Origin: an uncultured Ruminococcus sp.
GTDB taxonomy: Bacteria > Bacillota > Clostridia > Oscillospirales > CAG-272
Direction of reading: 5' to 3'
DNA length: 64,000 nucleotides
Assembly: GCA_902762505.1 (NCBI GenBank)
Contig: CACWOQ010000002.1
Location: forward strand, 2,667-66,666
Within the stretch, counting starts at the first letter, position 1. Every line of letters begins with the position of its first letter. The notes under the pieces were generated by a model, which ran no database searches, had not been told where the DNA came from, and worked only from the letters and a program-made list of their open reading frames with translations. Positions 18,999-27,830 of this stretch are shown here, one piece after another. The translations under genes were made by a program, and so were the position numbers.

Positions 18999-19975
18999 AC
19001 GAACAGATCAAAAAACAGATCATAGAGAAAATAGAAGAGTACGGTACGATAATCATAAGCCGTCATTCAAGACCGGACGGAGACGCCGTCGGATCGACTC
19101 TCGGACTTTCGGAAGTCTTGCGCGCGACTTATCCCGAAAAACGCGTATTTCTCGACAACAAGGACAGGTCCGAATACGTTTCGTTTCTCGGAGACGAGGG
19201 CGAGCGTCCGACGGACGGCGATTACACAGACGCGCTCGTAATAGTGCTCGATACCGGAAGCGTGTCGCGTATCGCAAACGACAGATACGACAAAGGCGCG
19301 TATCTTATAAAGATAGATCATCATATATTTGACGAGGATTACGGAGATATCTCGTGGGTCGAGGAAGAAAGATCGTCAGTTTGCGAGATGATCGCGGATC
19401 TTTGCGAGACTTATAAAGACAAACTCAGACTGCCGGTACACGCGGCGGAATGCATATTTACCGGCATGGTCACGGATTCGGGCAGATTCCGTTTCCGCGG
19501 TACGACCGGAGATACAATGAGGCTTGCGGCGTATCTTATGGATCAGGGTATTGATACGGAAACGATCTACGCGCATCTCGGTGCCGACGACATTGAAACT
19601 CTCAGATTCCGCGCCGCGCTTATTTCAAGGATCCAAATGACGGAAAACGGCGTCGCTCATCTTCATATCAGCTCCGCCCTGCGCAAAAGACGCGGGATCA
19701 GCCAGGAGGACGCGAGCAACACCGTATCTTTGATGGAGCATATCAAGGGCAGCCTTATCTGGCTTGCGTTTATCGAAAACGACGACAAAAGCATAAGAGT
19801 CAGACTCCGCTCGCGTTTCGTTACGGTACAGGAGCTTGCGGCGCGCTATCACGGAGGCGGGCACGCCTGCGCGAGCGGCGCGACCGTATACAGTAAAGAA
19901 GAGGCAGAAGCGCTCGTCGCCGAAGCCGACGCGATCTTAGGCGAATTCAAGAAGGAGCACCCCGGTCTGATATGA
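18995..19975 (+). CDS. DHH/DHHA1 phosphoesterase, NrnA-like (copy 2)
   Basis: Motifs SRHSRPDGDAVGS, KIDHH and HGGGHACASG are present. An ATGA overlap couples it to copy 1. Confidence 0.8.
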   Translation: MNEQIKKQIIEKIEEYGTIIISRHSRPDGDAVGSTLGLSEVLRATYPEKRVFLDNKDRSEYVSFLGDEGERPTDGDYTDALVIVLDTGSVSRIANDRYDKGAYLIKIDHHIFDEDYGDISWVEEERSSVCEMIADLCETYKDKLRLPVHAAECIFTGMVTDSGRFRFRGTTGDTMRLAAYLMDQGIDTETIYAHLGADDIETLRFRAALISRIQMTENGVAHLHISSALRKRRGISQEDASNTVSLMEHIKGSLIWLAFIENDDKSIRVRLRSRFVTVQELAARYHGGGHACASGATVYSKEEAEALVAEADAILGEFKKEHPGLI

Positions 19976-20709
19976 AAATCCTTCTGACGAACGACGACGG
20001 CATCAAAGGCGAAGGCCTGAGATATCTCGCCGAATGGTGCGCCGTCATGGGCGACGTTACTGTCGCCGCGCCGAAATTTGAGCAGAGCGGCAGATCGCAG
20101 GGGATCGTGATCAAAGTGCCGTATGAGGTCGTGTTGAGTGCGGAATATGAGGATCTCGGGATCGCGTCATACAGCGTTGACGCGTCGCCCGCCGACTGCG
20201 TCCGCTTCATCGCAGACAGAGTCGGAGTTGACTATGATCTTGTGTTTTCCGGCATCAACAACGGCTTCAACTTAGGTCATGATATCGCTTATTCGGGCAC
20301 GTGCGGAGCGGCTTTTGAAGCGAATTACGCCGGTATCAAAGCAGTATCGTTTTCCACCATCCGCGGCAATACGAAAAAGGCGTCGGAATACCTTCCCGCC
20401 GTATGGAGCTTTATCATAGGAAACGGCTTGCTTGAATACTCCGGTATGCTCAACGTGAATATCCCGGAGGAACCGAAGGGCATTCTTGTTACGGAGCAGG
20501 GCAGAACGTTTTTCCGCGACCATTTCGTCGACGCGGGCGAAAATATGTACAAAGCCGCGGTTTACCTTACCAGAAGCGTGGACGGACCTCTTGATCTGAA
20601 ATATGATACGGACGCCGTGCTCGCCGGGTATTGCTCCGTTACGCCGCTTCTGACGAACAGAACGGATCATGACGCATTGAAAAAAATATCCGAAAGGATC
20701 AAAAAATAA
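19972..20709 (+). CDS. surE: 5'/3'-nucleotidase SurE
   Basis: MKILLTNDDGI and SGINNGFNLGHDIAYSGTCGAAFEA are SurE signature blocks. An ATGA overlap couples it to the upstream gene. Confidence 0.9.
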   Translation: MKILLTNDDGIKGEGLRYLAEWCAVMGDVTVAAPKFEQSGRSQGIVIKVPYEVVLSAEYEDLGIASYSVDASPADCVRFIADRVGVDYDLVFSGINNGFNLGHDIAYSGTCGAAFEANYAGIKAVSFSTIRGNTKKASEYLPAVWSFIIGNGLLEYSGMLNVNIPEEPKGILVTEQGRTFFRDHFVDAGENMYKAAVYLTRSVDGPLDLKYDTDAVLAGYCSVTPLLTNRTDHDALKKISERIKK

Positions 20710-20721
20710 AGGAGAATCATT

Positions 20722-21102
20722 ATGGCTAATTCAAACGGACTTTTTTCTGTCAACGACAGAACTGCCGAGTTTGATCAGAACGACGCTCAGCAGAACAAGG
20801 TGATGGGTATTCTTTCCTATATCGGAATACTCGTACTCATCCCGATCTTTGCCGCCAAGAATTCCAAATTCGCACGCTTCCACGCAAACCAGGGACTTGT
20901 GATCGCGATCTGCGAGATCGCGTCTTACATAGTTCTGTCGCTTCTGCTCGGCAGGATCCCGTACGTCGGAGGAGTCTTCACGTTCATCAACTACCTGCTC
21001 GACGTGTTCCTGCTCGTCCTCTCCATCCTCGGGATCGTATTCTCGGCAAAAGGACAGGCGAAAGAGCTTCCGATCGTCGGAAAGATCAAGATCCTGAAAT
21101 AA
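20722..21102 (+). CDS. Small membrane protein, DUF4870-like
   Basis: The 126-aa product has three predicted TM helices and the motif ARFHANQGL that I recall from DUF4870 proteins. It starts 13 nt after surE. Confidence 0.55.
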   Translation: MANSNGLFSVNDRTAEFDQNDAQQNKVMGILSYIGILVLIPIFAAKNSKFARFHANQGLVIAICEIASYIVLSLLLGRIPYVGGVFTFINYLLDVFLLVLSILGIVFSAKGQAKELPIVGKIKILK

Positions 21103-21104
21103 AA

Positions 21105-21141
21105 GCAAAAAAATCACCCGGTCACACCGGGTGATTTTTTT
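21105..21141. terminator. Bidirectional intrinsic terminator between the two convergent operons
   Basis: An A-run, then ATCACCCGG-TCACA-CCGGGTGAT, then a T-run. Confidence 0.85.
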
Positions 21142-21145
21142 GTAT

Positions 21146-22735
21146 TCAGTGCTTTTTTTTTGCAAGGACTACGGCGCAGCCGACGGATGCGAGCAGAGCG
21201 ACTGCTGCAACGGAAACGGCGGCGTCGGATGTTTCGGGCGAAGGTTCGGGCTTGTCGGCTTTGACGAGCTTGTCGAGCTTGCAGCCCTGATTATACTCAT
21301 ACGTGCCCTTATAATTCTTGAAGGAACCGGTCACGGTGATCGTATCGCCGACTTCGATCTTATCGGCGTCGGTGCCTTCGAGTCTGTAGCACATTACGGG
21401 CTTGTCGTCATGACCTTCAACAACGATCGTTACGGTAACGTTATTGTATTCGGTGCTGAACGGAGTGTCTACCGTCTTAACGACGCCGGTGAGCGTGAAC
21501 GGTCCGGCAAGGGATTCGTTATCCTTGAGAGCGTACAGAGCTTCAAGTATCTCGTCGACGGTCTCGGGAACTTTTTCGTCCTCTTTTTCGGCTATCGTGT
21601 ACGCGTCAAGCGTGCAGTTTGCGTCGAATTCAACGGTGCCGTTGTAATTTTTGAGAATACCCGTGACGGTTATCGTGTCGCCAGATGCGATCTTGTCAAC
21701 GCCGTCAACGCCTTCCTTGTTGATCATGCGGAAGCACTGGACGGGCTTATCTTCAAAACCTTCGACTGCCATTGTTACGGTAACGTTGCCGTATCTTTCG
21801 CTGTATACCGTGTTTACTGCGGTGATCTTACCGGTAAGGGTGTACGTGCCGGGAAGAGCGGCGCCCTGCTCGAGAGCGTACGCAGCGTTCAGTATTTCTT
21901 CGGGCGTAGTGTAGGTGGGCTGCTCGGGCTGTTCAGCTTCGCCCTTCTTATAGGCGATCTCTTTGCAGGCGGCGTCGAACTCGTAAGTATCGTTGTATCT
22001 CTTGAGCTGACCTTCGACCTTTATCGTATCGCCGACAGCGAGCAGAGCGGCGTGCTCGCCTTCAAGACGGAAGCACTGCACGGGCTTGTCGGTCATGTCT
22101 TCGACTATGATCGTGACGGTGACGTTGTTGAATTTTTCGCTGTAAGCGGTATCGACGGATTTGATAACGCCTTCGAGCGTGTAGGGACCGCCGGCGAGAA
22201 ATTCGCCTTTTTCAAGTTTGTAAAGCGCTTCAACGATCTCCTTAGGAGTCTTTGGCGCGGGCTCGGGCTCGGGCTCGGGCTCGGCGGCGCCTTCAAGCGA
22301 GACCGCTATGCTCTTGAATCTGATCTGTTTGCCGGATTCGTTGCTGAACTTGATCTCCTTGGCGCTGCCGGTCCAGTTTCCGGTTCCGTCAAGTACGAAG
22401 CTGCCGGTGTCAGCGGTGACTGCATACGTATACTGGGAAGAACCGTATGTAAAGGTGATGGCTGTGATATTGCTGTCGGCTTTTACGGTAAAGCTGTTGC
22501 CGGCGTAGACTCTGAACGTTCCGTTGTCATAATGCTTCGGAACCAGCGATTCGTTTGTTCCGGCTTCGAAGGTTATCGTAACGCCGTCGCTTGTGACGGT
22601 ACCGATCTCGGCGCCGTCAGCCAGACCGAAATCGTTGGGATTGAACGTTACCGTTTTTGCTTCAGCGTTGACCGCGAGGCAGAGAACTGAAACGGTCATC
22701 ATTATCACCAGCAGAAGTGAGATGATCTTTTTCAT
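21146..22735 (-). CDS. Secreted, C-terminally anchored surface protein with 3 OB-fold-like modules
   Basis: AGGAG RBS, then a signal peptide (MKKIISLLLVIMMTVSVLCLAVNA). Next come a ~120-aa beta-rich N-domain, a (PE)n linker and three ~95-aa modules (TPxEIxxAxYAL..G..L.G.YTLTG.I..V.T.YS..Y.NVTVT..V.G...KPV.C[FY]R......GDTITV.G.LK.Y.GT.E[FY]...C). The C-terminus is a hydrophobic helix plus KKKH. Confidence 0.8.
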   Translation of the reverse strand: MKKIISLLLVIMMTVSVLCLAVNAEAKTVTFNPNDFGLADGAEIGTVTSDGVTITFEAGTNESLVPKHYDNGTFRVYAGNSFTVKADSNITAITFTYGSSQYTYAVTADTGSFVLDGTGNWTGSAKEIKFSNESGKQIRFKSIAVSLEGAAEPEPEPEPAPKTPKEIVEALYKLEKGEFLAGGPYTLEGVIKSVDTAYSEKFNNVTVTIIVEDMTDKPVQCFRLEGEHAALLAVGDTIKVEGQLKRYNDTYEFDAACKEIAYKKGEAEQPEQPTYTTPEEILNAAYALEQGAALPGTYTLTGKITAVNTVYSERYGNVTVTMAVEGFEDKPVQCFRMINKEGVDGVDKIASGDTITVTGILKNYNGTVEFDANCTLDAYTIAEKEDEKVPETVDEILEALYALKDNESLAGPFTLTGVVKTVDTPFSTEYNNVTVTIVVEGHDDKPVMCYRLEGTDADKIEVGDTITVTGSFKNYKGTYEYNQGCKLDKLVKADKPEPSPETSDAAVSVAAVALLASVGCAVVLAKKKH

Positions 22736-24488
22736 TTTAAACTCCTTGATTTATGCAAAATTATTTGACTATAGTGCATCCGTTGTCAAATTCGTACGTA
22801 TCGTTATATCTCTTCAGGTTGCCTTTGACGGTGATAGTATCGCCGACTTTGATCGTATCGGCGCCGTCACCCTTGAGACGGTAGCAGGTAACGGGATAAT
22901 CGTCAAGTCCGTCGCATACTATAACAACGGTGACGTTGTTGTATCCGCTGTCGTAAGGCGTGGGGATGGAGGTGATCTTGCCGGTCAGAGTGAACGGACC
23001 GCCTTCGAGCGCCTCGTTTTTGTTGAGCGCATACAGCGCTTTTACGATCTGTTCCGGAGTCTCAAGCTTCGGCGCGGTATTCTCGGAGACGAAATCGATC
23101 TTGTCGAGCGTGCAGCCTGCGTCGAATTCGACCGTGCCGTTGTAATTCTTGAGCTTGCCGGTAACGGTTATTTTGTCGTTCTTCTTGACTTTGTCCGCAT
23201 CGGTGCCCTTCATACGGAAGCACTGTATCGGCTTGTCTTCGCAGCCTTCAACGGCGATCGTAACGGTCACGTTCTTGAATTCGTCGCTGTACGGGGTGTT
23301 GACGGACGTTACCGTGCCGGAAAGAGTCCACGTTCCGTCAAGTGCCTTGTCCTTTGCGAGAGCGTACGCCGCTTCGACTATTTCCTTCGGAGTCTTTTCG
23401 ACAGGCTGAGTATCTTCTTTCTTTGTCGTGGTTTCCTCTTTGGTCGTGTCGGCGGGGGCGGCGGATGACTCGACCTTGACAAGCTCGCAGCCCTCCATGA
23501 ACTCGTACGTGCCCTTATAGTTCTTCAGGCCGCCTTTTACGGTGATCGTATCGCCGGCTTTTATCGTATCGACGCCGGTACCTTTCAGACGGTAGCACAT
23601 AACGGGCTTGTCTTCGAAGCCCTTGACTTTGATCGTTACGGTCACGTTTTTGTACTGATCGCTGTAAGCGGTGTCGACATTGGAGATCTCGCCTGTCAGC
23701 GTGTAGCTTCCTTCGATCGTTTCGCTGTCTTTCAGAGCGTAGAGCGCGTTGATGATCTTTTCGGGAGTGTCAAGCTCGGGGGATCCGGGCGTCGACGCCG
23801 ATTCGGTGCCGGACGCCTCGTCTGTCGTTGCATCGGAGGGGTCGGATACGGAATTGATTTTGACTATCGTGCAGCCGGCGTCGTATTCATACGTATCTTT
23901 GTATCTTTTCAGATAGCCGCTGACGGTTATGTTGTCGCCTGTCTTGATCGTGTCCGCGCCGTCGCCCTTAAGGCGGTAGCACGTTACGGGATATTCGTCA
24001 AAGCCTTCAACAACGATAACTACGGTCACGTTGTTGAAACCGGCGTCGTAAGGAGTGGGAACGTCGGTGATGGTACCGGTCAGCTCGTAGGGACCGCCGT
24101 CGACCGCTTCATCCGCGTTCAGCGCGTACAGAGCTTTAAGGATCTGTTCGGGCGTCTCGAGCTTCGGCGACGTGTCCTCGGCTACGAAGTCGATGCTGTC
24201 GAGAGTGCAGCCGCTGTCGAATTCGACGGTGCCGCTGTAATTCTTGATCTTACCGGTAACGGTGATCTTGTCGTTTTTCTTTATTGTGTCGGCGCCCTCG
24301 CCCTTGAGGCGGTAGCACTGTATCGGTTTGTCTTCCTTGCCGTCCACCGCGATCGTTACGGTTACGTTGTTGTATTCGGCGCTGAAAGGCGTATTTACCG
24401 CGATTATCGTTCCGGACAGGGTGTACGTTCCGTCAAGAGCCTCGCCGGGGGCGAGCTCGTAAGCGGCTTCAAGCACGTCGGTAGGAAC
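21269..24488 (-). repeat. Eight in-frame copies of a ~285-bp coding module spread over two genes
   Basis: Module boundaries were read from the translations: 24488-24192, 24158-23859, 23771-23472, 23393-23097 and 23063-22764 in the 716-aa gene, and 22249-21269 (three modules) in the 529-aa gene. The units 23859-24488 and 22764-23393 align at the nucleotide level with an offset of about 1.09 kb. Confidence 0.85.
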
Positions 24489-24911
24489 TTTGACGACGTA
24501 TTTGAATTCAATGTCCTTGGAAAGTCCGCCGTTTGAGACGGTACCTTTTACGGTGAATTCGGATCCGTTGACAGCCTCGGGTCCGATTACGACCTTCACG
24601 CTGTCGTTTTCAGAGGGTTCTACGGTGATCTTACCGTCCGCGCCTTCGACGACCCAGTCGATATCAAAGTCAAAGCCTTCGTGATCAATAAGCTTCGTGG
24701 GAAGCGTGAAGGGAGCTGATACGGTGTTTTTGAGTCCGGGCTTGTTGTATTCGTAAACAACTGCCGCGGCGCTGTCAACGATATCCTGCGTTATCGTTTT
24801 GACGCCGGGGTCGGCGGCTGCCGTCGTATCGTCGCCTTGACCGTTATTGCACGCGGCAAGCGATGATACGAACATGAACAAGACCAGGATCAGAGCCAGT
24901 CCTTTTTTCAT
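22761..24911 (-). CDS. Surface lipoprotein with 5 OB-fold-like modules
   Basis: AGGAG RBS and a lipoprotein signal (LVLFMFVSSLAAC). A small Ig-like N-domain is followed by five copies of the same ~95-aa module as in the downstream gene. Modules 1-2 and 4-5 are a duplicated pair. Confidence 0.8.
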   Translation of the reverse strand: MKKGLALILVLFMFVSSLAACNNGQGDDTTAAADPGVKTITQDIVDSAAAVVYEYNKPGLKNTVSAPFTLPTKLIDHEGFDFDIDWVVEGADGKITVEPSENDSVKVVIGPEAVNGSEFTVKGTVSNGGLSKDIEFKYVVKVPTDVLEAAYELAPGEALDGTYTLSGTIIAVNTPFSAEYNNVTVTIAVDGKEDKPIQCYRLKGEGADTIKKNDKITVTGKIKNYSGTVEFDSGCTLDSIDFVAEDTSPKLETPEQILKALYALNADEAVDGGPYELTGTITDVPTPYDAGFNNVTVVIVVEGFDEYPVTCYRLKGDGADTIKTGDNITVSGYLKRYKDTYEYDAGCTIVKINSVSDPSDATTDEASGTESASTPGSPELDTPEKIINALYALKDSETIEGSYTLTGEISNVDTAYSDQYKNVTVTIKVKGFEDKPVMCYRLKGTGVDTIKAGDTITVKGGLKNYKGTYEFMEGCELVKVESSAAPADTTKEETTTKKEDTQPVEKTPKEIVEAAYALAKDKALDGTWTLSGTVTSVNTPYSDEFKNVTVTIAVEGCEDKPIQCFRMKGTDADKVKKNDKITVTGKLKNYNGTVEFDAGCTLDKIDFVSENTAPKLETPEQIVKALYALNKNEALEGGPFTLTGKITSIPTPYDSGYNNVTVVIVCDGLDDYPVTCYRLKGDGADTIKVGDTITVKGNLKRYNDTYEFDNGCTIVK

Positions 24912-24932
24912 TATTCTACTCCTGATTCTATA

Positions 24933-26303
24933 TTATTGAGATATGATCTCGCAGTCGGCAAGCGTGAACAGCTTGAGCTGCGGGTTGCCGTTAAAGAAAG
25001 TCACTATGCCGGAGCAATTCAGAGTCTTGCCGCGGAAATAATCCTCCGTTACGGTAGAGCCGTCTTCCGCGGTGAGCTTAACCGTGCGTACCGTTACGGT
25101 CTTGCCGTCGGCGGAACGGCAGGTAAGCGTCATCGCTCCGTCGCTCTGCGTTGTGCTTTGCGTAGTATATATGCTTGTTACGGTGAGGTTTTCAAGACGG
25201 ACGAGAACGTTTTCAAGCGTTTCGTTGTTGTTTATATCGTCAGCCGAAATAAGCACGGGTTCGGTTTTAACGTCTTTTTCGAGGATCTTCGTGTCGTCGT
25301 CGGTCGGATTGATGAGCGAGAACGACAGACCGGATATCTGAAATCCGAAGTTTTCGTTATCGTCGGCGGTGCCGGTTATGAGAAGTCTGTAACCGGGGAT
25401 GAGGAATTTCGGCGCAAGCGAGGCGTAGCCGCCGTAAACGTACACACCGTAATACTGCTGAGTATCCTCGTCGAAAGACTGAACGTAGATGCCGCCGCCG
25501 CTCTCTTTTGTAACGACGCCTTCAAATCTTACTTTGGTCGCGTTATAACTGCTCTTGTTGAGCACAAGCGATTTGATCGAAAGCTCGACTGCGGATCCGT
25601 AATAGAAAAGCGGGTCCTTTTTGCCGGAATAGAGGTTTATCTTTTCCGTTCTCGCGCTTGTCAGCGCGTTCATTGCGGTAGTGCCGTAACGGGTCGACGA
25701 GGTGCTTTTGCCCATTGCGAGACCGTCGGCTAAGATCTCGATATTGAGATTGCGCCACGTTTCGCTGTCCTTCGGCCTGTACCAGACCCAGGCGAGATAT
25801 CTGTCGCCCGTGGAATCGAGTACGGCGGAGCCTTCCTCGTTGCTTTCAAGCACTATTTCAGCAGCATCCTGAAGCTTTGACTTCGTATATCTGGATGCCG
25901 GTTTACCCCACGGCTCGACCTTGCCGGTCGATTCCGGAGTGTCTATCGCAAGGAATCTGACCTTGATGATCTCGGTGCGGGTGTAATTCCAAAAATGCAC
26001 AGTGTCGCCGTCGATGAACTGCTCAACGGTCACGAGACCTCTGCCGGTCTTGTTGAAGTCGTTTTGAATGTCGGAGGTTTTCAGCGTCTCCATCGCTCCG
26101 AAGTCGGGCAGGGAGGGATCTCTTACGTATTCCCATACGCCTTCGTCTCCGCCGCCTTCGTCGGTTTCGGGTATGGTCACGTCACCGGTGACGGTCCCGT
26201 CGGACGGGGCGTCCCGTCTGCACGAGCCGAGCACCGCCGTAAGAGATACGACGGTGATCAGCGCGAGCATAAGGGATAATATTTTTAATATATCCTTTTT
26301 CAT
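24933..26303 (-). CDS. Secreted lipoprotein: staphylococcal-nuclease (SNase/thermonuclease) domain + C-terminal OB-fold-like domains
   Basis: The lipobox is TAVLGSC. SNase motifs are present: IDGDTVHF, KVRFLAIDTPES (Arg, Ca-binding Asp-Thr and catalytic Glu positions) and GDRYLAWVWY (second Arg). The C-terminal ~190 aa show OB-like patterns (VRFEGVVT...GIYVQ..., LVRLENLTVT...). Confidence 0.8.
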   Translation of the reverse strand: MKKDILKILSLMLALITVVSLTAVLGSCRRDAPSDGTVTGDVTIPETDEGGGDEGVWEYVRDPSLPDFGAMETLKTSDIQNDFNKTGRGLVTVEQFIDGDTVHFWNYTRTEIIKVRFLAIDTPESTGKVEPWGKPASRYTKSKLQDAAEIVLESNEEGSAVLDSTGDRYLAWVWYRPKDSETWRNLNIEILADGLAMGKSTSSTRYGTTAMNALTSARTEKINLYSGKKDPLFYYGSAVELSIKSLVLNKSSYNATKVRFEGVVTKESGGGIYVQSFDEDTQQYYGVYVYGGYASLAPKFLIPGYRLLITGTADDNENFGFQISGLSFSLINPTDDDTKILEKDVKTEPVLISADDINNNETLENVLVRLENLTVTSIYTTQSTTQSDGAMTLTCRSADGKTVTVRTVKLTAEDGSTVTEDYFRGKTLNCSGIVTFFNGNPQLKLFTLADCEIISQ

Positions 26304-26309
26304 AAAACG

Positions 26310-27764
26310 TTACTGGTTGAGCGTTACGCAGCGGTTGTAAGCGTCAACGAAAAGCTGCTTGAGCTCATCCTGCGTCGCCGTGGAGGCGGCGGAAATGTAA
26401 GCGACGAGAAGCTTGCCGACCTCGTCACGGGCGTCGGAAGAGCCTATGAACGCCGGGGACGTGAAGTAAGCGCTTTCCTGTTCCATACAGATCTTGGCGG
26501 AAAGAGCCGCGATGCCGTCCTTCGTCATGTTTGCGCCGCTCAGGAATTCCTTGTAAGCGTCAAGCTCGAAAGCGGATTTGAGAACGGGAACGTAACCGGA
26601 CGCCATGGAGAATTCAGCCTGGAATTCGGGGGAGGTGAGTAAGAATTTGAGGAATATCCACGCCGCGTCGTTGACGGTCTGATCCTTCTGCTTGAGCATG
26701 GTGATCGAAGGACCCTGAGAGATGACCTTCTTGTTGGAGGCGTCAGCCTGCGGGATGGTTGCGATACCTACCTCGAACGGATAAGATCCGTTATCGCTCT
26801 TGGCGGGGCACTGATAAGTCGCGCCGGCGGAAGAACCGATCGAAATGTAGGAATGGATGACCTTGCCTTCTTCGTTTGCCGTGGTGTTGGTGAAAAGACC
26901 GGAGGTGTAGCCGCCGTAGATCGCCTGAGTGGTCATGAGACCGTTCTGGCACCAGCCGCGGAATTTTTCGCAGAACTCGATATTCTGCTCATTGTTGAAC
27001 AGGAAGCGGTCCTGAACCTTGTCGACAGCCTGGGTGTACGGGGTCTTGAGCTGTTCGGTCATCGTGATGAACCAGTTAGCCTCTGAGTCGTATCCGAGCG
27101 GGATGCTGGTGGGTTCGATCTCTTTTATCTTTTTAATGACGTATTCGACGGAGGTGTCGTCGGTGGCGCCGGTGGAGAACCAGTGATCCGGAACTTTAAG
27201 ACCGTTGTTGTCGAAGAACGTCTTGTTGTAGTACATGACCTCGGTCGACTTGGAGAAGGGGAGCGAGTACATTTTGGACGTGTCGCCGAACTGCTGACCC
27301 TCGGCGTAGTAACCGGCGATGAAATCGTCTATCTGAGCCTGAGTGAGACCGACCGTCTCGTCGTTGATGTATTCGTTGAGGTCAACGACCTTCTTACTGC
27401 GGAGGTAAGTTGCGACGTGGTCCGGATAGCAGTACGCGAGAGCCGGCTGTTTGCCAGCCTGCAGCTCGGTGATGACCTGGTCGCGAACGTCGTCGTAACC
27501 GCCGATCGTCTGCTGGTCGATCGTGATGTTCGGGTATACCTTGTTGAATTCGGCGATGTACTTTACGAGAACGTCGCTGAGGTTTTTACCCATCGTGTGA
27601 TAGAAAGTGACGGTAACGTCACCGGTGGGAATGCTATGGGTCGTTTTGCTTCCCTGGCTGCCGGAGTCGTCCGGATTGTTACTGCCGTCGTTGTTATTGC
27701 AGGCGGTAAGGAATCCGCAGACGAGCATGCAGACGAGAAGCATCAAAGCAATAAATTTTTTCAT
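26310..27764 (-). CDS. ABC transporter substrate-binding lipoprotein, family-1 (sugar/CUT1-type)
   Basis: AGGAG RBS and lipobox GFLTAC. The 484-aa product has the typical extracellular solute-binding family 1 layout (VTFYHTMG..., ...YSLPFSKSTEVMYYNK...). Its stop is only 6 nt before the nuclease start. Confidence 0.8.
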   Translation of the reverse strand: MKKFIALMLLVCMLVCGFLTACNNNDGSNNPDDSGSQGSKTTHSIPTGDVTVTFYHTMGKNLSDVLVKYIAEFNKVYPNITIDQQTIGGYDDVRDQVITELQAGKQPALAYCYPDHVATYLRSKKVVDLNEYINDETVGLTQAQIDDFIAGYYAEGQQFGDTSKMYSLPFSKSTEVMYYNKTFFDNNGLKVPDHWFSTGATDDTSVEYVIKKIKEIEPTSIPLGYDSEANWFITMTEQLKTPYTQAVDKVQDRFLFNNEQNIEFCEKFRGWCQNGLMTTQAIYGGYTSGLFTNTTANEEGKVIHSYISIGSSAGATYQCPAKSDNGSYPFEVGIATIPQADASNKKVISQGPSITMLKQKDQTVNDAAWIFLKFLLTSPEFQAEFSMASGYVPVLKSAFELDAYKEFLSGANMTKDGIAALSAKICMEQESAYFTSPAFIGSSDARDEVGKLLVAYISAASTATQDELKQLFVDAYNRCVTLNQ

Positions 27765-27830
27765 TGAATGATCTCCTTTATTATATTCTTGCTCTGTATT
27801 GAAATCCTCTGTGTTGAGGTATTTGCCGGG

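Noticed and set aside
22259-22282. Tandem hexanucleotide (GGGCTC)x4 as a possible phase-variation tract
   Set aside because: It lies inside the 529-aa CDS and encodes the (PE)n linker. The unit length is a multiple of three, so slippage would only change linker length and would not switch the gene on or off.
21131-22690. 519-aa ORF on the plus strand (and its neighbours at 22593-23468 and 24936-25733)
   Set aside because: These ORFs are antisense to the repeat-protein and nuclease genes. Their translations are Gly/Val/Phe/Arg-rich mirror images with no RBS or recognisable motif. The minus-strand ORFs have strong SD sites, signal peptides and coherent domain structure.
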